Part shown: positions 25,940 through 33,832 of the stretch, in pieces
Numbering within the stretch: position 1 is the stretch's first letter
Layout: each line of letters opens with the position of its first letter
Origin: Solirubrobacteraceae bacterium
GTDB taxonomy: Bacteria > Actinomycetota > Thermoleophilia > Solirubrobacterales > Solirubrobacteraceae
Assembly (NCBI GenBank): GCA_039745115.1
Contig: JBCJRT010000004.1
Coordinates: 33,368-97,367, forward strand
DNA: 64,000 bases
Direction of reading: 5' to 3'
Made by a program: the position numbers and the translations under genes
Notes under the pieces: generated by a model
Database searches by the model: none
The model's input: the letters and a program-made list of their open reading frames with translations, nothing else
What the model was told of the DNA's origin: nothing

Positions 25940-26311
25940 CTACTTGGCTGCGTCCCCAGCTTCGGGATGGGCCTGCAGCACCTCTTCGCCCGACTCGCCG
26001 GTGCGAACCCGGTAGGCATCGTCGACCGGCATGATGAAAACCTTCCCGTCGCCGACGGCGCCGGTGCGACCGTGCTTGAGAACCGTCTCGACCACGCTCT
26101 CAACATCATCGTCCGCGACAACGCAGTTGATCTGTACCTTCGGACGCAGGTAGTTAGTCAGTTCGGCGCCGCGGTAAGTCTCGACGATCCCTTTCTGACG
26201 ACCTGAACCCTTTACCTCGAGCACCGTCATTGACGGGAACCCCAGTTCCAACAGCTCCATCCGGATCGGCTCGAAAGCCTCGTGACGGATGATCGCTTCG
26301 ATCTTCTTCAT
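25940..26311 (-). CDS. glnK: P-II nitrogen regulatory protein
   Basis: 123 aa. MKKIEAIIRHEAF...VKGSGRQKGIVETYRGAE...GDGKVFIMPVDDAYRVRTGE. AAGGAG upstream. The start lies 20 nt downstream of the amt stop. Confidence 0.9.
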   Translation of the reverse strand: MKKIEAIIRHEAFEPIRMELLELGFPSMTVLEVKGSGRQKGIVETYRGAELTNYLRPKVQINCVVADDDVESVVETVLKHGRTGAVGDGKVFIMPVDDAYRVRTGESGEEVLQAHPEAGDAAK

Positions 26312-26331
26312 CGACTGCTCCTTTTAGCTAC

Positions 26332-27765
26332 TTAAGAGGATACGCCGCGCGACCCGAACTGGGGCGCTGCGCCGTAACCAACCAGTTCAGGCGCCGGGAT
26401 GAACTGCTCCGGATAACCGTACATACCGTGCTCGGAAATATCGAGACCGGCATCTTCCTCAGCCTCGGTTACGCGCAGGCCGTAAGTCTTCTTGATCGCC
26501 CAGAAGGTGGCGTAGCTGGTGATAAAGACGAAGGCGAAGACGGCTGCTACGCCGATCGCCTGGTTGCCGAGCTGGCCGAATGAGCCTGTATAGAGCAGCC
26601 CCCCTTCGCCGACCGCGTTGTACTCGGCCAGCACCGGCAGCGTGAACAGTCCGCAGGAGAGCGTGCCCCAAATGCCGCAGAGGCCGTGCGCGGTCAGCGC
26701 GCCGACTGGATCGTCGAGCCGTTTGTCGATCGCGTAAACACCGAGCGGCACGATGAAGCCGGCGATCAGGCCGATCACAACGCCGGCCCAAGGAGCGACG
26801 TAACCGGACGGCGCGGTGATTGCGACCAGCCCGCCGATCATCCCATTGCCGGCCATACCGATGTCGATTGTTCGCGTCTTCAGCCAGCTGACCGATAGTG
26901 CGCCGATCGTTCCGGCGGCGGCGGCCAGCAGCGTCACTAGGCCAACCTCGGTGAAGCGCCCGTCGAGCGCGCCGAGCGTCGATCCCGAGTTGAAGCCAAA
27001 CCAGCCGAGCAGCAGGATGATCACGCCAAGCCCAAAGAGCGGCATGTTGTGGCCGGGGATCGCTCGCGGGCGCCCCTCAACGTCGTACTTGCCCTTACGC
27101 GCGCCGAGCAGCAGCAGCACCGCAAGACCGGCCGTCGCGCCGACCAGGTGAACGGCGGTCGATCCAGCGAAGTCCTGCATGCCGAGGTTGGCCTGCAACC
27201 AGCCGCCGCCGAAGACCCAGCCCGATGCGATTGGGTAGATCAGACCAGCGAAGACGACGGCGAAGATCACGTAGACGCCGAACTTGATCCGCTCCAGCGT
27301 CGTTCCCCAGACAATCGCCAGCGAAACAGCGCAGAAGGCGAACTGGAAGAACCATTTCGACTCGATCGTCGCGTCGGAGAAGCCCATCACCGGGAAGGCT
27401 GTCGCCGGATCACCGTAATCGCGCAGGAAGAAGCCCTCAGTGCCGATGATCTTGCCGCTGGCGCCGCCGAAAGCGAAGGCGAAACCAACAGCCCAGTAGA
27501 GGATTGCCGCAATCGAGAAGTTGGTCAGGATTTTGGCGACGATTGTGCCGGCGTTCTTGCCGCGCGAAAAACCGATCTCAAGCAGCGCGAAGCCGGCCTG
27601 CATGAAGAGCACGAGGCAGGCTGCGAGAAAGACCCAGAGCGAGTTGATCCCGACCGAGTTGGGGACTCCGGCGGCGTCGAACACGTCGGCCGACGCGACG
27701 GTTGGCATTGCCAGCAGCGAAAAGCAGCCGGCGACACAAGCGGTAGTTAAGGCGGCGCGCTTCAT
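26332..27765 (-). CDS. amtB: Ammonium transporter (Amt family)
   Basis: 477 aa from ATG 27765, with GGAGG 4 nt upstream. Signal peptide, about 11 TM helices. Amt blocks FAGSTAVHLVGATAGLA and LTAHGLCGIWGTL. Confidence 0.9.
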   Translation of the reverse strand: MKRAALTTACVAGCFSLLAMPTVASADVFDAAGVPNSVGINSLWVFLAACLVLFMQAGFALLEIGFSRGKNAGTIVAKILTNFSIAAILYWAVGFAFAFGGASGKIIGTEGFFLRDYGDPATAFPVMGFSDATIESKWFFQFAFCAVSLAIVWGTTLERIKFGVYVIFAVVFAGLIYPIASGWVFGGGWLQANLGMQDFAGSTAVHLVGATAGLAVLLLLGARKGKYDVEGRPRAIPGHNMPLFGLGVIILLLGWFGFNSGSTLGALDGRFTEVGLVTLLAAAAGTIGALSVSWLKTRTIDIGMAGNGMIGGLVAITAPSGYVAPWAGVVIGLIAGFIVPLGVYAIDKRLDDPVGALTAHGLCGIWGTLSCGLFTLPVLAEYNAVGEGGLLYTGSFGQLGNQAIGVAAVFAFVFITSYATFWAIKKTYGLRVTEAEEDAGLDISEHGMYGYPEQFIPAPELVGYGAAPQFGSRGVSS

Positions 27766-28024
27766 CGGACCTCCAGATTGAATTGGCGACAAGTTTCGAT
27801 CCTTTTCAGTACCAGCTCATTAGCCGCCGGTAGAAAGTTTGGCCGCCGCCAACCGCCGATCTGGAGAACAGACGGTTACCGCTTGGAGTACCGGCAGCCC
27901 TTCCAGTTAGACATCGGGATAACGTGAGCAACGCGGCCGCGGTCTAGGCTTTACAGGTCGCCGCGCGCGGGAAGGTTGTTCGCTGCGCAGCAGATGTCCA
28001 AAACCAACCAATCTGGAGATCGAG

Positions 28025-30175
28025 ATGGCCAACAAGACCCGTCAGCAGAACGTAACCGCAGCCCAGTGGGCGGCGAATGGCAGCGGCGGCGGCCAGGACG
28101 ACATCACCGAGTCGGCCGCCGCAATCTACGGCGAGAACGTTTTCAGCCTCGCGGTGCAGAAAGAGCGCCTGCCGAAGGCCGTCTTCAGCAAGCTGCAGAA
28201 GACGCTGGCCGACGGTGCACCGCTCGACCCGGCACTGGCCGATTCGGTCGCCGACGCGATGCGCAAGTGGGCGATGGAGCACGGCGCGACGCACTTCACG
28301 CACTGGTTCCAGCCGCTGACCAACCTGACGGCAGAGAAACACGACTCGTTCTTTGAGCCGGTCGGCGACGGCACGGCGCTGGCGGCGTTCTCCGGCACGG
28401 AGCTGATCCAAGGCGAGCCTGACGCATCGTCGTTCCCAACCGGCGGCATCCGCGCAACCTTCGAGGCCCGCGGCTACACCGCCTGGGACCCAACATCGCC
28501 GGCCTTCATCCTTGAAAACCCGAACGGCTCGGTGCTCTGCATCCCGACCGCCTTCGTCTCTTGGACCGGCGAGGCCTTGGATCACAAAACGCCGCTGCTG
28601 CGCTCGATGGATTCACTGTCAACGGTCGCGCTGCGCGCCCTGAAACTGTTTGGCGACAAAGCCGCGGCGCGCGTCTTTACGACGGTCGGGCCGGAGCAGG
28701 AGTACTTCCTGATCGACGAGCAGTACTTCTATGAGCGGCCCGACCTGTACACGACCGGTCGCACACTGTTCGGCGCCAAACCGCCGAAGGGTCATGAGCT
28801 CGACGAGCATTACTTCGGCACGATCCCAGAGCGCGTGCTGGCCTGCATGCTGGAGACCGAGCGCGAGCTGCAGCGGCTCGGCGTCCCCGTCAAAACGCGT
28901 CACAACGAGGTAGCGCCGTCGCAGTACGAGCTGGCGCCGATCTTCGAAAACTCAAACGTTGGCTCCGACCATCAGCAGCTAACGATGCAGGTGCTGGAGA
29001 ACGTTGCGCGCCGCTACGGGCTGGTCTGCCTGCTGCACGAGAAGCCGTTTGCCGGCGTCAACGGCTCGGGCAAGCACAACAACTGGTCGATGAGCACCGA
29101 CTCCGGCCAGAACCTGCTGGAGCCGGGCGACACGCCGGCCGAAAACATCCAGTTCCTGTTCTTCTGCATCGCCGTGATCGCTGCCGTTGACCGCCACCAG
29201 GAGCTGCTGCGCGCGACCGTCGCAAATGTCGGCCAAGACCACCGGCTGGGGGCCAGCGAGGCGCCGCCGGCGATCATCTCGATCTTCCTTGGCCGCGAAC
29301 TGGAGCGCGCCTTCAACGCTGTCGCTTCGGGCAAGGCTGCCGACAGCGCGGCAGGCAACTTCCTCGGCCTTGGAACGCCGGTGCTACCGCCGCTGCCACT
29401 GCATGGCGGCGATCGTAACCGCACCTCGCCGTTTGCTTTCACCGGCAACAAGTTCGAGTTCCGTGCGCCCGGCTCCAGCATGTCGCTGGGCTTTGTCAAC
29501 ACGGCCCTCAACGCGATCGTCGCCGAGTCGATCGACATGATGGTCGACGAGGTTGAAGCGGCTCGCAAGAAGGGTAAGAAGCGGCCCGAAGCGATCCTCG
29601 ACGCGATCAAGAAGAACTGGAAAACCCACAAGCGGATCGTCTTTGACGGCGACGGCTACTCCGGCGATTGGCACAAGGAGGCTGCCAAGCGCGGCCTCGC
29701 CAACTTGCCGACGACGCCTGATGCGCTGCCGTGGCTAGTCGCCAAGTCGACGATCGCAGTCTTCGAGCGCTACGAGGTGCTCAGCGAACGTGAGCTTGTA
29801 GCTCGCTTCGAGGTAGCGGTCGAGCAGTACTCAACGAAACTGAACATCGAAGCCGAGACCGCGGCATCGATCGCACGAACGATGATCCTCCCCGCCGCCG
29901 TCCGATACCTGACGGAGTGCAAGACGGCCGGGATGACCTCGCTGGCAAGCGAGCTGAAGAGCGCCAACGACGAGCTGGTCAAGCGGCTGAAGCTGCTCGA
30001 GAAGGCGAACTCCAGCCACCCGGCTGCCGAGGGCCTGAAGCACGCGCAATACATGCGCGACAAGGTGATCCCGGCAATGGACAGGACGCGCGAAACGGCC
30101 GACCTGCTGGAAGGGCTCGTCGCCGACGATCTGTGGCCGCTGCCGAAGTACTCGGAGATGCTTTTCATCAAGTAA
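28025..30175 (+). CDS. glnN: Glutamine synthetase type III
   Basis: 716 aa. The length and the N-terminal block ([28 protein letters not shown]...[10 protein letters not shown]) are those of GSIII. GGAG lies 6 nt upstream of the ATG. Confidence 0.9.
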   Translation: MANKTRQQNVTAAQWAANGSGGGQDDITESAAAIYGENVFSLAVQKERLPKAVFSKLQKTLADGAPLDPALADSVADAMRKWAMEHGATHFTHWFQPLTNLTAEKHDSFFEPVGDGTALAAFSGTELIQGEPDASSFPTGGIRATFEARGYTAWDPTSPAFILENPNGSVLCIPTAFVSWTGEALDHKTPLLRSMDSLSTVALRALKLFGDKAAARVFTTVGPEQEYFLIDEQYFYERPDLYTTGRTLFGAKPPKGHELDEHYFGTIPERVLACMLETERELQRLGVPVKTRHNEVAPSQYELAPIFENSNVGSDHQQLTMQVLENVARRYGLVCLLHEKPFAGVNGSGKHNNWSMSTDSGQNLLEPGDTPAENIQFLFFCIAVIAAVDRHQELLRATVANVGQDHRLGASEAPPAIISIFLGRELERAFNAVASGKAADSAAGNFLGLGTPVLPPLPLHGGDRNRTSPFAFTGNKFEFRAPGSSMSLGFVNTALNAIVAESIDMMVDEVEAARKKGKKRPEAILDAIKKNWKTHKRIVFDGDGYSGDWHKEAAKRGLANLPTTPDALPWLVAKSTIAVFERYEVLSERELVARFEVAVEQYSTKLNIEAETAASIARTMILPAAVRYLTECKTAGMTSLASELKSANDELVKRLKLLEKANSSHPAAEGLKHAQYMRDKVIPAMDRTRETADLLEGLVADDLWPLPKYSEMLFIK

Positions 30176-30201
30176 GCGTCGAACATTTAAGCGCCCGCTG
30201 G

Positions 30202-30225
30202 ACCTTGACACGCCTATGTCAAGGT
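30202..30225 (+). terminator. Candidate stem-loop downstream of glnN
   Basis: ACCTTGACA-CGCCTA-TGTCAAGGT forms a 9-bp perfect stem, 27 nt after the glnN stop. No T-tract follows. Confidence 0.3.
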
Positions 30226-30453
30226 TCCGCCGCCGCGCCGGCGAGATTGCCCGCGCAGCGGTCGGCGAGGAGCCGCGAGGCCTTCATCACGGCCGGGCGC
30301 AGCGTGCCGATTCAGACTTCGGTCTCACTGCTGCCAAACGGCGGCAAGATGCTGCTCGGCACCGACATCGACGCTGTACTGACGACGCTCGAACTCCACC
30401 TACCGTACGAACGCGCACTGGGCTGACCTGCCTCGATGCCGGGAGAGCCTCAT

Positions 30454-32817
30454 TCAGGCGGGCAGCGCCAGCCTTTCGCGCACGGCGCGGGTGGCGGCGA
30501 GGACGTTGTGTAGCGATTCGACGGTCTCGGCGTAGCCGCGGGTCTTCAGACCGCAGTCGGGGTTGACCCAGAGCTGGCGTGCGGGGATCGACGCGACGGC
30601 CGTTTCCAGAAGCTCGGTGACTTCGGCGATGCTTGGCACGCGCGGTGAGTGGATGTCGTAGACGCCCGGTCCAATGCCGTGGTCGAAGCCGCTTTCCCGA
30701 ATGTCTTTGATGATCTCCATACGTGAGCGGGCGGCCTCGATACTTGTAACGTCGGCGTCCAGGTTGCGGATCGCGTCGATGACGACGCCGAACTCCGAAT
30801 AGCACAGGTGCGTATGGATCTGCGTCTCGTCGCGCACACCCGAGGTGGCCAGGCGGAAGGAGCCGACCGACCAATCGAGGTAGTCCGCCTGGTCTTTGCG
30901 CTTGAGCGGCAACAGCTCGCGCAGGGCGGGCTCGTCCACCTGCACGATCCGGATGCCGGCGGCCTCGAGGTCCGCGATCTCGTCGCGCAGCGCGAGCGCA
31001 ACCTGGCGCGCCGTCTCGCCGAGTGGCTGGTCTTCGCGCACGAACGACCAGGCCAGAATCGTCACGGGGCCCGTGAGCATGCCCTTGACCGGTTTGGCGG
31101 TCAGGCTCTGCGCATACGTCGACCAGTGGGTGGTGATCGGCTTGGGCCGCGACACATCACCCCAAAGGATCGACGGACGTGTGCATCGGGTTCCGTAGGA
31201 CTGCACCCAGCCGTTATCGGTGACGGCGAAGCCGTCCAGATTCTCGGCAAAGTACTGCACCATGTCGTTGCGTTCGGGCTCGCCGTGCACGATGACGTCC
31301 AGGCCGATCTCCTCCTGAAGGTCGACCACGCTTTTAATCTCGGCTCGCATCAGGTCGACGTACTCCGCCTCGCTCAGGGTCTGCCGGGCCAGCCCTGCGC
31401 GGGCGCGACGGATGTCGCCGGTCTGTGGGAACGAGCCGATCGTCGTGGTGGGCAGCAGCGGCAGGTCGAGAGCCGCCTCCTGCGCGGCGAGGCGATCGGC
31501 ATACTCGCCGCGGGAAAAGTCCGCGGCAGTCAGGGCGGCGGCGCGTGCACGCACGGCACCATCGCGCACGCCCGGAGCCGACCGGCGGTCGGCCAGAGCC
31601 GCGGAGGCGGCGCTCAGCTCCCCGTCAATCGCCTCGGGCCCGTCGGCCAGTCCGGTCGCGAGCGTCGCGACCTGCCCGACCTTCTGGTCGGCGAAGGCCA
31701 GCCAGCTCGTGATCGCCTCGGGCAGGAGCGGTTCGTCGTCGACGTCGTGGGGCACGTGCAGCAGCGAGGTCGACGTTGAGACGGCAATCCTGGGCGAGAG
31801 CGCACGCAGCTCGGTGAGTACGCCGAACGCGGCCTCGAGATCACCCCGCCAGATGTTGTGGCCGTCAACCACGCCGCCGACGAGAATCTTGGCTGCCAGC
31901 GCCTTTCGGGTCGCGTCGTCGAGTCCGGTTGGCACCGCGCCACGAACGAGGTCGAACCCGATCGCCTCAACGGGTGACGCCGCGAGCACCGGCAGCGCGT
32001 CATCCAGGCTGCCGTACGGCGCGGCAACAAAGAGCTGCGGGCGATCGGATGCGCCGCCCAGCGCGGCGTACACGTCCTCGACTGCCGCGAGCACGTCCTC
32101 GCGCCGGTCCGCAATGCTTTCGCTGACCAGGGCCGGCTCGTCCAACTGCACCCACTGCGCGCCCGCAGCGGCCAGACGTGCCAGGAGCTCGCTGTATACC
32201 GGGACGAGCTCGCTCACGCGACCCAAGGGGCGGAAACCCTCGGGCGCCTCATCGCTCGCCTTGCTCAGCAGCAGGAACGTGACCGGACCGACAATCACGG
32301 GGCGCGTGACGAATCCGGCGGCTTTAGCCTCTTCGAACTCGTCGACAACGCGGTCGGAGGCAAGACGGAATACCGTCTCCGGTCCGATTTCGGGCACGAG
32401 GTAGTGGTAGTTGGAGTCGAACCACTTCGTCATCTCCAGCGGCGCGTGGTCGCCCTCGCCGCGCGCCACCGTGAAGTAGCCAGCAAGATCGAGGCGGCCG
32501 TTCGCATCGAGCAGCGACGCGAAACGCGAAGGAACGGCGCCGAAGGTGGCCGCGGCATCCAGGACCTGGTCGTAGTAGCTGAAGCTCTCCGGGATCGAAG
32601 AGTCCGTGCGACCGAGACCGAGCGAGGCGAGGCGCTCACGAGTCTCCGCTCGCAGCTCGGCCGTCCGCGTCTCGAGCTCGGGCGCCGTGATCGATCCGGC
32701 CCAGAACGCCTCGACCGCCTTCTTCAGCTCGCGATGCCGGCCGATCCGCGGATAGCCGAGGATCGTCCCCGCCGAGAATGCGGACACTACGGTGGGCTGC
32801 GTCATTGCTGGTTCCAT
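30454..32817 (-). CDS. metE: Cobalamin-independent methionine synthase
   Basis: 787 aa, or 783 from the second ATG at 32805. ILGYPRIG at the N-terminus, and C-terminal Zn-site blocks THLCYSEF and [11 protein letters not shown]. Confidence 0.92.
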   Translation of the reverse strand: MEPAMTQPTVVSAFSAGTILGYPRIGRHRELKKAVEAFWAGSITAPELETRTAELRAETRERLASLGLGRTDSSIPESFSYYDQVLDAAATFGAVPSRFASLLDANGRLDLAGYFTVARGEGDHAPLEMTKWFDSNYHYLVPEIGPETVFRLASDRVVDEFEEAKAAGFVTRPVIVGPVTFLLLSKASDEAPEGFRPLGRVSELVPVYSELLARLAAAGAQWVQLDEPALVSESIADRREDVLAAVEDVYAALGGASDRPQLFVAAPYGSLDDALPVLAASPVEAIGFDLVRGAVPTGLDDATRKALAAKILVGGVVDGHNIWRGDLEAAFGVLTELRALSPRIAVSTSTSLLHVPHDVDDEPLLPEAITSWLAFADQKVGQVATLATGLADGPEAIDGELSAASAALADRRSAPGVRDGAVRARAAALTAADFSRGEYADRLAAQEAALDLPLLPTTTIGSFPQTGDIRRARAGLARQTLSEAEYVDLMRAEIKSVVDLQEEIGLDVIVHGEPERNDMVQYFAENLDGFAVTDNGWVQSYGTRCTRPSILWGDVSRPKPITTHWSTYAQSLTAKPVKGMLTGPVTILAWSFVREDQPLGETARQVALALRDEIADLEAAGIRIVQVDEPALRELLPLKRKDQADYLDWSVGSFRLATSGVRDETQIHTHLCYSEFGVVIDAIRNLDADVTSIEAARSRMEIIKDIRESGFDHGIGPGVYDIHSPRVPSIAEVTELLETAVASIPARQLWVNPDCGLKTRGYAETVESLHNVLAATRAVRERLALPA

Positions 32818-32981
32818 TTCTGTGGCGGTGCGCTGATCGAGCGGGGATACTACTTGACTTGGTCAGCGTGGCCCGACGATCAACGGGCCACCACCGAAGT
32901 CCCACGGGACTTGGGACATAAACTCTTCAACCAAACACAACCCGGCAAACTCAGCTGCGCCTACCCGCCGATATAGGTCGG
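32818..32981 (-). promoter_or_regulatory. Structured, lower-GC leader upstream of metE (class undetermined)
   Basis: 164 nt between the pentapeptide-gene stop and the metE ATG. Two clean hairpins: GUGGCCCG-N8-CGGGCCAC (32868-32891) and AAGUCC-CGUG-GGACUU (32897-32912). It also contains a 40-codon ORF with weak codon bias. Confidence 0.3.
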
Positions 32982-33001
32982 TCATCGTTCCGGTCCTTTC
33001 G
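32976..33001 (-). repeat. 26-nt direct repeat, copy 1 (stop/start junction after the pentapeptide gene)
   Basis: The plus strand reads GGTCGGTCATCGTTCCGGTCCTTTCG. It is identical at 25 of 26 positions to 33383-33408. On the coding strand it reads CGAAAGGACCGGAACGATGACCGACC and contains the ATGA overlap. Confidence 0.85.
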
Positions 33002-33392
33002 TGGCGCTCAGGTTCACGCCGGTCAGGTTTGCGCTGAACAGGTTCACGTCGATCAGGGTCGCGCCGCTCACGGTCGCACTGGTCATATCCGCGCCGGTCA
33101 GGTTCACGTTGCTCAGGTTCGCTCCGCGCAGGTTCAGGCCGCTCAAGTTCCCGTTGGTCAGGTTCGCCATGCTCAAGTTTGCGCTGAGCATGAACGCGCC
33201 GCTCAGGTTCGCGTTGCGTAGGTTCGCGCGGCGCAAGTTCGCGCCGGTCAGGTTCGCACTGGTAAGATCCGCGCCAGTCAGGAACGCGCTGCTCAGGTCA
33301 AGCTGCACGCCAGTCTTGCCCTTTGTCTTAACCCATTCACGATGCGCAGCCAGCACGTTCGCTAGTTGCTGCTCAATTGTTTGGTCGGTCAT
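32982..33392 (-). CDS. Pentapeptide-repeat protein
   Basis: 136 aa from ATG 33392, preceded by AAAGGA. After a 30-aa head the sequence is a run of A(D/N)LXX repeats (FLTGADLTSANLTGANLRRANLRNANLSGAF...). The ORF-track start at 33548 only adds an Arg-rich extension that does not look like protein. Confidence 0.8.
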   Translation of the reverse strand: MTDQTIEQQLANVLAAHREWVKTKGKTGVQLDLSSAFLTGADLTSANLTGANLRRANLRNANLSGAFMLSANLSMANLTNGNLSGLNLRGANLSNVNLTGADMTSATVSGATLIDVNLFSANLTGVNLSATKGPER

Positions 33393-33408
33393 CGTTCCAG
33401 TCCTTTCG
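33383..33408 (-). repeat. 26-nt direct repeat, copy 2 (junction before the pentapeptide gene)
   Basis: The plus strand reads GGTCGGTCATCGTTCCAGTCCTTTCG. See copy 1. The copies are 407 nt apart. Confidence 0.85.
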
Positions 33409-33558
33409 CGTCCCGCAGGTCCGCGCCGGTCAAGTCCGCACCGTACAGAATCACGTCGTGGAGGTATGCGCCGACCGCGATCCAACCCGGCTCGGCGATC
33501 TGCCCGACGAAGATCCGCCCGAACTGGTGGACGAGAGCGGCGAAGCACCGGTCGCCGG
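33389..33558 (-). pseudogene. 5'-truncated remnant of a pentapeptide-repeat paralog (no usable start codon)
   Basis: This frame has G/C-rich third positions and a protein-like translation (...FAALVHQFGRIFVGQIAEPGWIAVGAYLHDVILYGADLTGADLRDAKGLER*). 13 of its last 24 residues equal the C-terminus of the intact downstream gene. No ATG, GTG or TTG lies between the upstream in-frame stop and an internal GTG. It abuts the GIY-YIG stop. Confidence 0.4.
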
Positions 33559-33801
33559 TTAACCGATTAAGGCAAGCTTTTCGGCCCGCGGCAGGCGCTT
33601 GATCCGCGCCTCTTCCTTCTGCGCGGCGCTGCGATCCTCCATCTCAAAGGCGACAGCCAATTCGACCGGCAGTCGACTGCGCGTGTAGCGGCTGGCAGTG
33701 CCGGCGCCGTGCGCCGCGAGCCGCCCTGGCAGGTCGTTCGTCCAGCCTGTGTAAAGGCTGCCGTCGCGGCAGCGCAGCATGTAAACCCAGGCAGCGGTCA
33801 T
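33559..33801 (-). CDS. Small GIY-YIG nuclease-family protein (UPF0213/YhbQ-like)
   Basis: 80 aa. WVYMLRCRDGSLYTGWTNDLPGRLAAH carries the GIY-YIG-type motif pair (VYM...LYTG), followed by the conserved Arg/Glu region. Confidence 0.8.
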   Translation of the reverse strand: MTAAWVYMLRCRDGSLYTGWTNDLPGRLAAHGAGTASRYTRSRLPVELAVAFEMEDRSAAQKEEARIKRLPRAEKLALIG

Positions 33802-33832
33802 TGGCAGGGATTCGCCGCGCAGCGGCTGCCTC

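Noticed and set aside
27783-27798. A sigma-54-like TGGCGA-N5-TTCGA element in the amtB/glnN spacer.
   Set aside because: The GG-N10-GC spacing does not fit, the element is more than 220 nt from glnN, and Actinobacteria generally lack sigma-54.
32818-32981. Calling the metE leader a cobalamin riboswitch outright.
   Set aside because: I could not find the B12 box or the GGGAA/GCCACTG core by eye. It is kept only as an unclassified structured leader pending a covariance-model scan.
33001-33300. Tandem repetition with a ~15-nt period at the DNA level (GCNCCGGTCAGGTTC-like units), which could be mistaken for a repeat array or CRISPR-like structure.
   Set aside because: The periodicity is the coding image of the A(D/N)LXX pentapeptide repeats. 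There are no unique spacers, no constant repeat length with conserved termini, and no cas genes.
33559-33801. The GIY-YIG gene as an active mobile homing-endonuclease element.
   Set aside because: At only 80 aa it is of UPF0213/YhbQ size. It has no DNA-binding extension, no intron or intein context and no flanking target duplication. Mobility is kept only as a weak hypothesis in the findings.
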